A stretch of DNA of 64,000 bases, taken from NCBI RefSeq assembly GCF_001194135.2, contig NC_068995.1, positions 30,932,617 through 30,996,616 of the forward strand, read 5' to 3'. The notes under the pieces are model-generated. The model saw nothing but the letters and a program-made list of their open reading frames with translations. It had not been told where the DNA came from and did no database searches. Made by a program: the position numbers and the translations under genes. This document shows, one piece after another, positions 51,235-63,689 of the stretch; the stretch's first letter is position 1; each line of letters starts with the position of its first letter. The stretch is from Octopus bimaculoides. Its lineage: Eukaryota.

Positions 51235-52550
51235 AATAAACCCTGTGGAACTCAGAATATCAACAGTTGTCACTAAATATTCCAGGATATTTTAGTTGGT
51301 GCTCTCATGATTTGCTCAATCCACTGCCCTTAATAATAATTTCTTACATAGACACACAGTCTCAAATCTTGGGGGAAAGGCAGAAGTGACAATATTGATC
51401 CCCAGTATACGACAGGTAGTTTATCAACTCTGGAAGGATGAAAAGTTTGACTTCAGCAGGATTTGAACAAAGTGTCATGATTAAATAGCACAAGATATTC
51501 TGGTTGATGCTCTCCTGCTTCTGTCACTCCACCACCATCACTCTCCAATATAGTCATACGGCTACACATTTTAGACAGGAGTGACTAATTAAATCAATCC
51601 CTAGAAACTTATCCCTACCCACTTCCTACATATATAGGGATATAACAAATAACACAAAGTATTAACATAGGCATAAGGCCTAAAATGGTGGGGGACAGGG
51701 TGTTAGTTGATTATATTGAATCCAGTACATGACTAGTACTTTATTAACTTCAGAAGGAAGAAAAGCAAAATTAACCTTACTGAGATTTGAACTCAGAACA
51801 TAAAAAGTGAGAATAAATAAGTCAAAAGTATTTTGTCAATCCACTGTTTTTAGAAATAAGAATAATACTTTCTACTACAGGCACAAGGCCAGAAAATTTT
51901 GAGGGGAGCAGGCTAATCAATTACATTCCAGTGCTCAACTGCTACTTATTTTATCATCCTGAAAGAATGATATGCAAAGGTGACCTTGGTGGCATTTGAA
52001 CTCAGAACATGAAGACAGATGAAATACTGCTCAGGAATTTTCCCAGCATGTTAACAATTCTACCAGTTTGCAGCCTTAATAATAACAATAACGATTTCAA
52101 ATTTTGGTACAAGGCCAGCAATTTTGCGGGAAGTGGGTAAGTCAATTACATCGACCTCAGTGCTCAAGTGGTAGTTATTTTATCAACCCTGAAAAGATGA
52201 AAGGCAAAGTTGACCCCGGTGGAATTTGAACTCAGAACATAAAGGCAGACAAAATATCACAAAGCATTTTGCATAGCATGCTAATGATTGTGCCAGCTCA
52301 CTGCCTTAATAATAATAATGATGATGATGATGGTTTCTTAAGTGGCACAAGGCCAACAACTTGGAGGAGGGGAAGGGTTTAATACCATCAATCCCAGTTC
52401 TTAAGCCTGGCAGGTGAAAGGCAAAGTCGACCTCTGTGGGATTTGAACTCAGAATCAAAGATCCAGAATATGCATTACAAAGCATTTTGTCTGATGCTCT
52501 AATGATTCTGCCAATCTAATGCTTTTAGTAATAGTAGTGGTAATAGTTGT
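51235..52550 (-). mobile_element. Head-to-tail array of family B SINEs (about 5 near-full copies plus fragments)
   Basis: Units start at about 51347, 51667, 51880, 52095 and 52335, each with GGCACAAGGCC..TTTGAACTCAGAAC..; several are separated by (AAT)n-like runs. Confidence 0.85.
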
Positions 52551-52980
52551 TTCTTACATTGACACTGAGGCAAATATATTTGAAGGAGAGGGACCAAGGG
52601 TCATATTGACCTCAGCTTCATCCCCCAGTATTTGTCTGGAATTTACTAACCTGTATGGGATTTGATGTCTTAAAGGAATGAAACTAAATACCAGAGAGCA
52701 ATTTGTGTAGTGCTCTACCAATTTTGACCAGTCACTCTCTACTACTACTTCTACTATTACTACTAACAATAATAAACTGCCAAGAGGTTTACCATATATG
52801 GCATAGCATATACGACAAAGAAATAATAAAATAAAAAATAAAGTGACATTTTCTCCAAATCCCTGCATGTTTTTCAAATCAGTTCAATGTGGAGGGTGTG
52901 GCATCGTCTACTTTGGTACATCATGTGTCAATAAAGATCAGAATTATCACAAGGTCGGTGTATTCCGCCTGCCCGACAAT

Positions 52981-53077
52981 TTAATCACTGAAGTCATCAC
53001 TATCACTAGAATCATTGTCTTTGCTGGAATCCGCATCATCACCACTTCCACCAGGGGGAGCTGGAGCCTTTGGATCA
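52981..53077 (-). CDS. WASHC3: WASH complex subunit 3, terminal exon 6 (DPKAPAPPGGSGDDADSSKDNDSSDSDDFSD*)
   Basis: catttcag|, stop TAA at 52983-52981. Acidic C-terminus ending FSD, as in CCDC53. Confidence 0.92.
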
Positions 53078-53218
53078 CTGAAATGACAAATAGAAGTATT
53101 TTAATTACTTTAATTAATTATTAAACAAAATGAAAATTTTTCACAAAATTATTTCAATTCTAAACAATGGCAAGTTTTTGTAATGCACTGATGTGTGTGA
53201 ATGTATGAGCATACTTAC

Positions 53219-53283
53219 TCTAGTAAGCTTGGATCCAGTCCTTCTTGTTGCATTTTAATCTTGACGGCAGGTTCTGGAACTCC
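53219..53283 (-). CDS. WASHC3: WASHC3 exon 5 (GVPEPAVKIKMQQEGLDPSLL)
   Basis: atttag| ... GA|gtaagt, 65 nt. Confidence 0.94.
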
Positions 53284-53859
53284 CTAAATATGCAGAAATA
53301 CCAACAGTTACTTCAAAATACTGTTTGTTTTTCTTTTTTTTTTAAATTTATTTCATTAACAGCAACTTTGAGGAACATTTCTGTATAAATAAAGAGCTTG
53401 GTCGGTCAAAATTTAGTTTGTGTCTTACAGACTAAAGTACAGTGTCTGGGGGTACGGTGGTCAGTGCAATGGTTGGGCTACAATGTATGGTGTGCAGTAT
53501 CTTGTATTCAGAGGTTGGTGTCTGGGACGAAGAATACAAAGTTGGTAATGCACTGAATGGGAGAACACCTGTCTACCAATTTAGGCAAGGTGAAACAGAT
53601 GCAGCGTGTATATGTATATACATATGTAGGCACATGAATGTGTGTGTAATGTACTGTTCTGTGATGGTAATATCAACAAAAAAAGTACTCCATCTGGTGA
53701 GAGATAAATATCACTTAATAGACAAAATGTGAAATACCTCAAATATATTCAACAGGTAAAAATCACATATCATAACGAACTAAAATCCACATTAAGGTTG
53801 TACTGAAAGTAATGCAAAAGTGAAGGTAAATTGTCAGTTAAATTGCTTGTTGGTCAAGT

Positions 53860-54790
53860 AACTCTTTTTCTGTAGTAACTTTTCCTCCTATTTTTCTTCA
53901 TAGTAGGTAAATGGTAGGTTCCAAGCAGAATCAACATGCTGTCATTGGTTCTGGATGAAGAGTGGGCAACATCCACAGGAGGTTACAGGGACAACACTAC
54001 TGAAGACAAACCATGCTGTGAGAGACCATCAAATGCGATCACTGACATGAATTGCCAGCAAATGGATGAATTAATCTGTGTGGACAAATGGGTCACAATC
54101 TGTGAAGATGTACAATTGGATTGTAGTCAAAAAGCATTAGAGAAGCTGGAGTTTGGGTACTGAGAAGTTTTTGCAAACTGGAAACCTCAGGAGATGACTC
54201 CTGATTTGAAGGTGTTTGAAGCCAATAAACACATATTTTTTTTACCTCTAATCTGGTGACAGGGTATGATGGATCTAAAAATGAAAGGCTAAGTCTATGG
54301 AATGGCATCACATCTCTTCTCCAAGGATTAAAAAGTTCCAAGAGCCAGTGATAGGTACAAAAAGTTATGATGAATGTTTGGGGGATGACAAGAGCATCGT
54401 TGTTATTGATATACTGGAATATACCATGAACAGTAAGCAGTATACTGAGACACTCAGAAAACCTCAGTGAAGCCATGAGGAGGAAGACTATTTTCAATCA
54501 AGAATCTGAAAATAGTCTGCAGTCACTGTGACAATGTGTGACCATATACATCTCTGGCAACAAATCAGGAAATCAGTAAGATGGGCTGGTCAGGGTTTCT
54601 CATCCACTGTATGACCTGCATTTGGTGCTGACATCTACCTATTTGGTCAAATGAAGAAAGTCTTTGGGGATGATTTAATGTCATAGACATGGTGAAAGTG
54701 GTTGTGTACAACAGCACACACCTGAAATTTTTCAAAAAGGATTTAAGAACTGAATTCAAAAACAGTACACAACATCTTGATAGACATTAT
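53860..54790 (+). mobile_element. Heavily decayed mariner transposon in WASHC3 intron 4
   Basis: Remnants resembling the HDNARPH (CACTGTGACAATGTGTGACCA) and HPPYSPDL (CATCCACTGTATGACCTG) motifs, with many indels. Confidence 0.6.
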
Positions 54791-55547
54791 ATAGAGTAAA
54801 TCCTTTGTATACAGGAAGAATTCCTCTACCAACTTTTGCAATTTGAACAACATATGTCATTTGATAAAAAAAAATCATCTCCACTTTTGCATTATTTTTG
54901 ATAAAACTGTTGTACATATTGTAATGGTAACATCTTTAGCCTTCTTGCCTGCCTCTCATCTCCCTAACACACTTATCACTCATCCCTCAGATACTTGACT
55001 CTATCATTCACCTGTCTATCATGTCTGTTACTGTCACTCATGTTTCTATTAACCCTACCTTTATCATTCATGTCTCAATTGATCATCTCTTCATGAGTAA
55101 GAATAGCAGTGAACCTCTTTGGTTCATTGTATATTGCTTCTAGTGTAACTAGGGATGCCACAGGACCTATCTGATCCCCTCCCTAACACCTCACTCCTCT
55201 CACTGTCATCCTTATCACCCTAACTCTCTCTCATCTTGAAACATATACATAAAGCATCTCATCAGATCTACTCTTGATCCATCTTTTGCTACCCATTACA
55301 CTCTCTAGTATTGGTTCCAAGATAAAAAGGCAGCCTCTAAAGTTAGAAAAGGCATCCAGCCATAGAAACCAAACACAAAATAAAACCTTCAGGGCAAGAT
55401 ATAGTCTATCAACACACCTAGGAGAAGCAATGACCCATCCAACCCTTGACAGTTATGGAAAGTGGAAGTAAAACAGGTACAATGATGACACACATGCACA
55501 CATCCCACCTCTCTACGTACATATATGTGATGATATAATATACTCAC

Positions 55548-55683
55548 AACAGATAACATCTTGAAATATTTCATGTATCTTGGATCTTGAGAAACGGTTT
55601 TTTTCGGTTCCTCTGGGGTTGCTGATGGAGCAGCTGCAGGTGTTGCTNNNNNNNNNNGAATCTGCAGCACTTGGTGTGGCTTC
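55548..55683 (-). CDS. WASHC3: WASHC3 exon 4 (EATPSAAD[gap]ATPAAAPSATPEEPKKTVSQDPRYMKYFKMLSV)
   Basis: cattgcag| ... GTT|gtgagt. Contains the DPRY..Y.KM motif. A 10-N gap lies at 55648-55657. Confidence 0.9.
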
Positions 55684-56189
55684 CTGCAATGACAAAAAGA
55701 CCAAATACATCTAAGAAAAGTCTAAAATAGTGGAATGAAAAGTTGGACTCTGACAGAAATAAATTACTAGTTTCCAAGATAGTATTAAAGAGAAAAGATC
55801 CTAGGTTGTCATGTTGTTGTTATTTAGCTGTAGGTCAGCCTTGATTGAGCAGATATGTGAAAAGAAAGATTCCAACCATGGCCATCTCATCTTTTATATT
55901 TAAGACTACATAGTTCAATACATTCTTCTTTTTTTTTAAGAAGACAGATCCAGCATCTAATTGTAGCAGGTGTATTCATGACACAGAGGCTCATTCATTG
56001 ATTGAATGGAGACAAGTTGTTATCACAACCAGCCAGGTGATGGTATTAAAGGATTCCTTGTGAAACCTGGACCAGGGTCTCAGGTGACCATGAAGTTAAT
56101 ATACAAATTACTCTAAGGTACTCCAAGAGAAAATAATATCTATGGTACCCCGTGAGAAATCAATGTGAAAAATTTTTATATAATATTGG

Positions 56190-56390
56190 TCTCAAATTTT
56201 GGCACAAGGCCAGCAATTTTGGGGGAGGAGGTAAGTTGATTACACTGACCCCAGTGCTCAACTGGTACTTATTTCATCAACCCTGAAAAGATGAAAGGGT
56301 AAGTCGGCCACAGCAGAATTTAAAATCAGAACGTAAAGATGGATGAAATGCCGCCAAGGCTTTTGCCCAGAGTGCTAACAGTTCTGCTAA
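56190..56390 (-). mobile_element. SINE family B
   Basis: GGCACAAGGCCAGCAATTTT..CAGTGCTCAACTGGTACTTATTT..GATGAAA. Confidence 0.85.
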
Positions 56391-56430
56391 CTTGTCTAGA
56401 ATTTGATATAATACTAGAGTGAAGACTCAC

Positions 56431-56547
56431 CTTTGTTGTTTGTTGTACAGGTTCAGTTGGTTGCGAAGGAGTATTTGCTACAGTAGATGGTGATGTACTC
56501 TCTGACGTTGGTGCTACTACATTTTCTAACCCAGGGATGGATGATAA
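56431..56547 (-). CDS. WASHC3: WASHC3 exon 3 (LSSIPGLENVVAPTSESTSPSTVANTPSQPTEPVQQTTK)
   Basis: ttctaaag| ... AAG|gtgagt, 117 nt. Contains the LSSIPGL motif. Confidence 0.93.
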
Positions 56548-57419
56548 CTTTAGAAACAAACAAAAAGTAAAACAACAAAGATGAGCATATTTCATTTTAC
56601 ATTAAAAAGATTACAGGGATTAATGAAAGAAATGATTTCTAATCAGACGAGAAACAGAAAAAATTTACCTCATGTATCTGAATATGAAAGATGATACCAG
56701 TGGACACTGCAAGTGAGAGGAATGAGCTGACTGAGTTCACCAATTATAATATTAATAAAGTCTTGCGGATTTCCTTTTCTTTTATCATCATCATCATCAT
56801 TTAACACCTGTTGTTTCTGTTAGCACGGCTTAGAGAGTTTGACTGGGACTGATAAGCCAGAGTGCTGCACCAGGTCCCAGTTGTCTGTTTTGGCTCAGTT
56901 TCTATAGCTGGATGCCTCGCTAAATGCCCTTCCTAATGTTAATCACTTTACAAAGTGTACTGAGTGTTATTGGCATGTCACCAGCACCATGATTCACTCA
57001 GCTTGACGTGTCTCCTCGAGTACAGCAAATCACTAGAAGTCTAGGTTGCTTGTCTTTCTAATTAAATACTTATAATACACTGATATACTGGACTGGTGTT
57101 GTCATCTTGCTTTCAGCTGTTGTACCCTCTGACCTGCTTCAGTCCCATTGCCCATACTAAAAATATTAAACTAGCTCAGTTTGCTTAATTAGAAACATTA
57201 TCATCATTTTAATGTCTACTTTTCCATGCTTGCATGAGGTAGATGTAGTTTAATGAAGCAGAATTTCTACAGCCAGATGTCCTTCCTGTTACTTAACCCT
57301 CACCTATTTTCAAGAGAGGTAATAACAACCAAGATGCAAACACTTGTGCAAATATGTCTATATATAGTAATAATGATTCCTCATCTCTGAAAACCAGATC
57401 AAATTCTATAAACACTTAC

Positions 57420-57584
57420 CTTTGCTTCTAAAATATTCATCATGATTTCAAGCCTTTGAATACGATAAGACATTGTTTCCAGCTTTTCTTCACAAACACC
57501 AGAGAATTTGTTCAAAAACCGTACAGTGTGTGTGATAAAATGGTTGAGGAAAGCCAATGTTCTCTTTTGATAAATGGCTTCACA
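57420..57584 (-). CDS. WASHC3: WASHC3 exon 2 (CEAIYQKRTLAFLNHFITHTVRFLNKFSGVCEEKLETMSYRIQRLEIMMNILEAK)
   Basis: tttcatag| ... AAG|gtaagt, 165 nt. The conserved CCDC53 coiled-coil region. Confidence 0.96.
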
Positions 57585-59458
57585 CTATGAAAGAAAAATA
57601 ATAAGAAACATTAACAACAACATCTAGTCTGTTAGCTGATACATGGTCAAAACTTGGACAACTGAATTAATAGTCATTGGCAACAAAGTTTTGTGCTTAT
57701 GCTTGGAGGGTGGAAGACAGGCAGTGAAGGAGAGACTCAAATGTTTAGTTTATCAATTTTTTCTTCCTCCAGCTACAATTGTACCTGTAGACCAATTTCA
57801 ATAAGATATAAAACAAGCAGCACCACTAGTGTCATATATGCTTAGAAGGTAATTGATTATGACCCCAGTACATGACTGGTTTTATTTTACTGACCTTGGC
57901 AGGACTTGGATTCATAACACAAAGCAACAAATATAGACATTTTGTCCCAAACCCTAAAAATTCTGCTACTGCATTATTAACGAGTGTTTTGCCACAATCA
58001 CCTACTTCCATAGATATAACCTGTAGAGAGGTGTACCCTTACACCAATTGACTTGGGTAATATATTTCCATTTGAATGAGGAGGTCAATGACATCTAAAT
58101 GGGTCGGAAGCTAACAACGTTTTAAGGTTTTGAATATTTTGTCAGGTCTAACTCCATCATCTGGATTCTTGGATGGATTAAGCAGAATTCCTTCTTTTGC
58201 AAATACTTGAACCATACTATTCTGACTCGTTCAATCCCCAACCATGTTTTGCTTGTAGATATTCGAGTTGTACATTGGTGACAGTAACTCCACCAGTCCG
58301 GTGGTGGCCAAGCCACTGTCCCTCAATCTCTAACAAATATATCTCACTGATTAAGAGGTAACTTTTTCCTAAGATTAACAATACAAACATTTTAAAAACT
58401 GAATTTACATGTTTGTTGCTGTTGTTTAACCCTAGGTCTGTAATGATCCAGCAAGCTTATACTAAATATTGCTCCACCTATGACTCTACCATTTATTTTG
58501 AAGTGCATGGTGTATCTGGGACAACATATTTCAAGGTGGTAGAATGTAATTTAGAAGAGACTTGTCTAATATTTCTAACAGTTTGAGTGACAATGTCGAG
58601 ACCCCCTTCTCGTTCATTTCCTGTACATTTTTAACATCGTCGTTTAAGTTTAACTTTGAAACTTAGACTAGCAAAGTAAGTCAGTGCCAGTTAACGTATT
58701 GATATGGATGCAAGTCACCAAACCACATTCAATAGAAGTATTCCTGTCCCTAAATGTATAAAACCATTCTCTACTGTGTTTCTGAACATAACACATCATT
58801 CAAAAGTACACCACTACACCTGACGTTGCCAAGTTTTGTTTTCTGTTCATGTCGTAAATTAGTTGCAACACTGGAGAAAAAACAGACCAGAAACGATTTG
58901 CCTCTCACTCAGTTCAATTACAAGTCATATTAGTGAATCCTTGTGATTCATGGCACACACACACACATAAACCCATATAAACTTGGTCAAATGTATCAGT
59001 TTATCGGGTCGTTATATTTAAACACAAACAGTGAACAACTTATGGAGCTGGTCATATGTATGTATGCTTGTTTCCGTGTTAACAAAGGGGGAGGTGGAAT
59101 GATGGAGTATCGGACTCGCTGACTCTTGTTAAATTAAAAGAGAAACTAAAAACCAACATAAAACGATTGATTTTGTTGAAAGACGTGGCATTGCTTAGCT
59201 CTAAGTTAGTCCCTCAATCATACAGATTTGTGATTTAACCTTCCAGTCACAACCATTCTGTGTGGTTATATCTTTACAAATAGGACTACATTATCTTATA
59301 TGTTCTTGTTTTATATAATGCAGAAGACTGATTTCAGTGGGTGGCTCGATCCCTGGTTTGGTTTACGATACGCCTCTTTGAGTGGGAGGAGCAGCATTAA
59401 TTTACAGCGACATGAAGAAAACAAGTAAAATGAAAGAAAATAAGACTAATATATAGAC

Positions 59459-59509
59459 CTTTGTATAATCGATGCCAGTGCCCACAAGGGGCAAACCGTC
59501 CGAATCCAT
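59459..59509 (-). CDS. WASHC3: WASHC3 exon 1 (MDSDGLPLVGTGIDYTK)
   Basis: ATG at 59509, AAG|gtctat donor. Corresponds to human MDEDGLPLMGSGIDLTK. Confidence 0.94.
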
Positions 59510-59590
59510 GAGTAATTGGTTCTATGTATGTTTGGTGGCGAACTTTCCAAAACATCAACAACTGACAAAACGAAAAATGAACACTTCGAG

Positions 59591-59600
59591 GCGGAAGTGA
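59591..59600 (-). promoter_or_regulatory. ETS-like motif upstream of WASHC3
   Basis: TCACTTCCGC on the minus strand, about 82 nt upstream of the ATG. Confidence 0.4.
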
Positions 59601-59869
59601 CCTCTGACCTATTAGATACGAGGAAAAAAGTTCATCCCGGGCAGTTTCTGACAAATAAAAATAATTCAAAAAAAAAATTCGTGAGATTAAGAAATAAAAT
59701 GGAACTTGTGTACAAATATTATGTGATGATAAAGTATATTATATAATATTAAATTTTGAATGGACGATCCCTATAAAAGTGCACATACCAATACAAACTC
59801 CTCTTTTTCTACTCCACATGCATGCACACACGCTTATACATTCTCACCCCCACATGTTCTTTTATTCTT

Positions 59870-60153
59870 TTTTTTTCTTTTATTTGTTTCAGTCATTTGA
59901 CTGCGGCCATGCTGGAGCACCGCCTTTAGTCGAGCAAATCGACCCCAGGACTTATTCTATCGATCTCTTTTTGCCGAACCGCTAAGTTACGGGGACGTAA
60001 ACACACCAGCATCGGTTGTCAAGCGATGTTGCGGGGGGGGGGGACAAACACAGACACACAAACATATACATATATATACGTCGGGCTTCTTTCAGTTTCC
60101 GTCTACCAAATCCACTCACAAGGCTTTGGTCGGCCCGAGGCTATAGTAGAAGA
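59870..60153 (-). mobile_element. SINE family A, young 5'-truncated copy between the divergent genes
   Basis: Nearly identical to 31300-31600 apart from a short deletion between TTATTCT repeats. Confidence 0.88.
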
Positions 60154-60717
60154 CATATATATATATATATGTATATATATATCTTCAAGGAGAAAGAGAG
60201 ATTAAAAGTGTCCATGCTTAATAAATCACTTCCTGCTATTAACAATAGTTAATTAGAGAACTCCCCCACTACCTAACATGGATAAATTGGAGCATAATTA
60301 TATTTTATTATTTAAAAAAATGATTTGACTAAATATGTAGAAAAAAGGGACTTTTTGTTGATTTTAGAAGGCCACACTGTCTTATGAAAGCGATTGTTGT
60401 TATCAGTGAACAGAAAAGTAAATAATTAAAATCTGTCTTATGGTTGAATTAATACAGTGAAGTACCATCACTTATGTTCTGAGTTCAAATTCCGCTGGGA
60501 TTAACTTTACCTTTCATCCATCGTTCCGAGGACTGATAAAATAATATGCAAAACTACAAACAGTGGGGGGGATTGGGTTAATATTCCAAAAAAGTATTCC
60601 AGGAGAGAAGGAAACGGAGTTATTACAGGAGACTAAAGACTAAAGATTAATAAAAATTAGTGAGAACCTGTTTACGACAGTTGGGTGTTAGCAACGTTGA
60701 TCGGTTTATGGCAGTGG

Positions 60718-60725
60718 ACTTCCGG
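60718..60725 (+). promoter_or_regulatory. ETS/GABP-like motif upstream of TNPO3
   Basis: ACTTCCGG about 110 nt upstream of the ATG. Confidence 0.45.
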
Positions 60726-60833
60726 TTTCTCGTTGAGGAACCTTAGTGTTTTGGGTGAGACGGCCGACGTTAGACAGAGGGAAATAATAACAACAACAAT
60801 AATTATTACAATAATACATCAATCAGTCAAAGG

Positions 60834-60950
60834 ATGGAGTCCCCGCCGCCTTTAGAGACGGTGCACCAGGCACTTCAAGCTTTGTACAACAATCCAGACG
60901 TTAGTGGCAAGGAGAATGCATCAGTGTGGCTTGGAGAACTTCAAAGATCG
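60834..60950 (+). CDS. TNPO3: Transportin-3 first coding exon ([39 protein letters not shown]); the rest lies beyond the window
   Basis: 117 nt ending TCG|gtaaaa. Corresponds to human [30 protein letters not shown]. Confidence 0.92.
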
Positions 60951-63689
60951 GTAAAAAAATATTTTTATTATCGTCTTTCCATATATTTATATACGTCTAC
61001 ATACACCCACACACACATATATAATACACGCATTGCCTGTGCAACGGTATGGTCCTGGCTGTAATGGCTCTCGTACACGCGCACATATCCACGCGCGAAC
61101 GTTTATATACACACGTGTGTATCGACACATAGGCATACACAACAGATGAAGCTGAATATTACACATTCTTATGTCATTCCCTCCCTTCTCTTATCTTTTA
61201 ACCTAAAATTCCATCACTTTTTACGTAAAACTTTTAGAATCACTTTCATTTCCCGCCGAGACCTGACTTCAAACAATGTCGCCGTTGTTCACATCCTAAT
61301 TATCTGTAATATCTTCGGTTACTGACACGTTCCCGTTCCAAAATTGATTTATTTAGTGTTTATTTGTTCATCCTTCTCTGTCGTTACTCTAAGTTCCCAT
61401 TGTCATGTTCTTTCGTACTCAACACGGTCTGAAGCTTCCACTGTTACATAAATATACACCACGACTTAAACCCTACAATCTGTTTCTAACTGTATTATTA
61501 GATTTGAAAATAATTTCTGACCACATTATGTCATGATAACTTCAAGATCAAAATTATTTACCATTTTTAAGTGGGTGTGCGGCACTCACGTTATACACCC
61601 AAAATATACAACCGTTATGCATGCATGTCTGTATACACACACGAACATGTATGTATGTTATATACTACATGTTCTGATAAACCTAGTTTTGCAACAAGGG
61701 CACAAAGTCATGATTTGGTGCGGGGAATCGGGTTCGGTTCAATTGACCCTAAGTACTTCAGTTATTTTATCGATCTCGGAAGGATGAGGGACAAAATTTA
61801 TTGGGTGGTACTCGAAAAAGCAGTTTATAAACTTCCATTTCAAACCAAAGAGGGAGTCTCTATGCAGTAGCTCGATCGTCTTCAAAGAATATGTAAATGT
61901 GCATTAAACAAGTCTTTTACAAAAGGAAGGATACTTTGGACTGTGTATGTGGCTTTCATACACTGGCTAAAGAAAATAGGCGGCATGGTCACGGCTGGAA
62001 CATCTTTGATTAATCTGGGCTGAATTGAGAATAGTCTCACTGCATCTCTATCTAGCTTGTTTCATCATCTTCCCGTCTATCTATGGCCTGTTTCTCTTCT
62101 ATATCTTTGTGTATCTATCCTACCCGTCTGAAGTTTGTCTGTTTCTCGTCCACCTTCATTACATCTGTCAATTCTGATTCATCAATCATTTTACTTATTT
62201 GTCTCTGTGTCTATATATATGTATATAGACTGCTGTTACTCCATCTTCATTCTTCTACGTTCTTTCCACGTTCCAGTATAGCCATTTCCTCTTTGACCCG
62301 TGCACGCTTATTAGTTTGTATCGGAGTCCTGCAGTGATGGGTTTAACTCCCAGCTACCTTACATTGTGCAGAGGAAGGAATGACAGTATATGTTATGAGT
62401 GTAAATGTCACCTGCTCCAGTCAAGAAAGATTTGGGTCTCTACGCAGTCACTTGCCCAGCTGAAAATAGCAACTAAATTTCCTTTAAATCACAGCCTATC
62501 ATCTTAAAAAATGATGGCCATATTGGATCTATTGCAGGAGATGTACTATATCTTTAATTTTCTATCATCGCTGACTTGGGTTAAACGAACAACAAATGGT
62601 GTGTCTGCGCATCTGTTTACTTATTGATGCAATAATTGTTGTGCTGGAGTTAATTTATCAGCTGAATATGAAATTTTGTTTTTGTTCCATGTAGGAACCA
62701 TTTAAATTTCCTTATATTGTGGAAGTTGCAGAGAAGGAGCCTAAATATTCCAAACTCAATAGAAATCCTCAGGCATCGCTTAGTTTAAACCTAAGATAGC
62801 TTTATTATTTTCCAAGACAGTATGATGTGGCTGGAAGTAGAATTGGCTATTATTTCTAGCAGATGATCAGTCACATTAGTTCCATCCTTGATTTGCCTGG
62901 CATCGCGCGCGCGGGGCGGTATCGTTGTCGAGTAATAATGGATACAAAACTTTGCAGAATTCTGATGAGTTAAGTTCGGAGAGGTGACGGTGTTGTATAA
63001 CCTCACTGAGCCCTTATCAAACAGAATTATTTTTTGTTGCTAATTGTCTATATGCATGCAAATTATCCTCTCTTATTAATTATCTGTACACTGACAAATA
63101 AATATATTGTCTTTTTTCGTAGATCTTAAGTCTCAGTTTCTCTACTGGTATATGTATGTGTGTGTGTATGTTTTTACGTATATATGTGTCTAGTTAATGA
63201 AAGAAAAATGGTGAACATTCTTTCAAATAATCATTATTTGCGACTAGGCCACACCTATTTGATAACAAGCCAAGTTTGCCATCTCCACTAGCCTCTGTGT
63301 GTGTGTATACACACATGTCTGTGTATTCCTTTAACATTTGTCAAGTTTAAAGTATCTCAAATTGCCGTACAGCTGAGCAGCATCAGGGAGTGAATATTTG
63401 TGAGAAAATAGTTTATTGTTCACATTGAGAACAAACTTTGGTACATTAACTTCTGTTACAGAAAGCCTTCTGTTTTTGCTGTCTTTTTCTCTAAGTTTTG
63501 TCATTTTTTTCCTTTTTACATTTTATTCAGATGTTCAATTCCAACTTTGTTTGTCTTTTTTCTTCTTCCGATTTCTAACACTTTGCTCCATTTTCTTTTC
63601 TCTCCGTTTTACTTCCACATTTTTTTCTCCTTTTAGTTTATCTCTTTCACACAAATATGTATATGTATATAGATATGTGTGTGTATATA

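Noticed and set aside
58122-58316. ORF ending ..ELDLTK.. as a candidate WASHC3 first exon
   Set aside because: There is no GT donor after DLTK, and the true exon 1 (MDSDGLPLVGTGIDYTK) is at 59509-59459.
62960-63012. C/D-box snoRNA or hammerhead from CTGATGA...CTGA
   Set aside because: It lacks the RTGATGA consensus, the spacing is too short, there is no terminal stem and no GAAA after a stem II.
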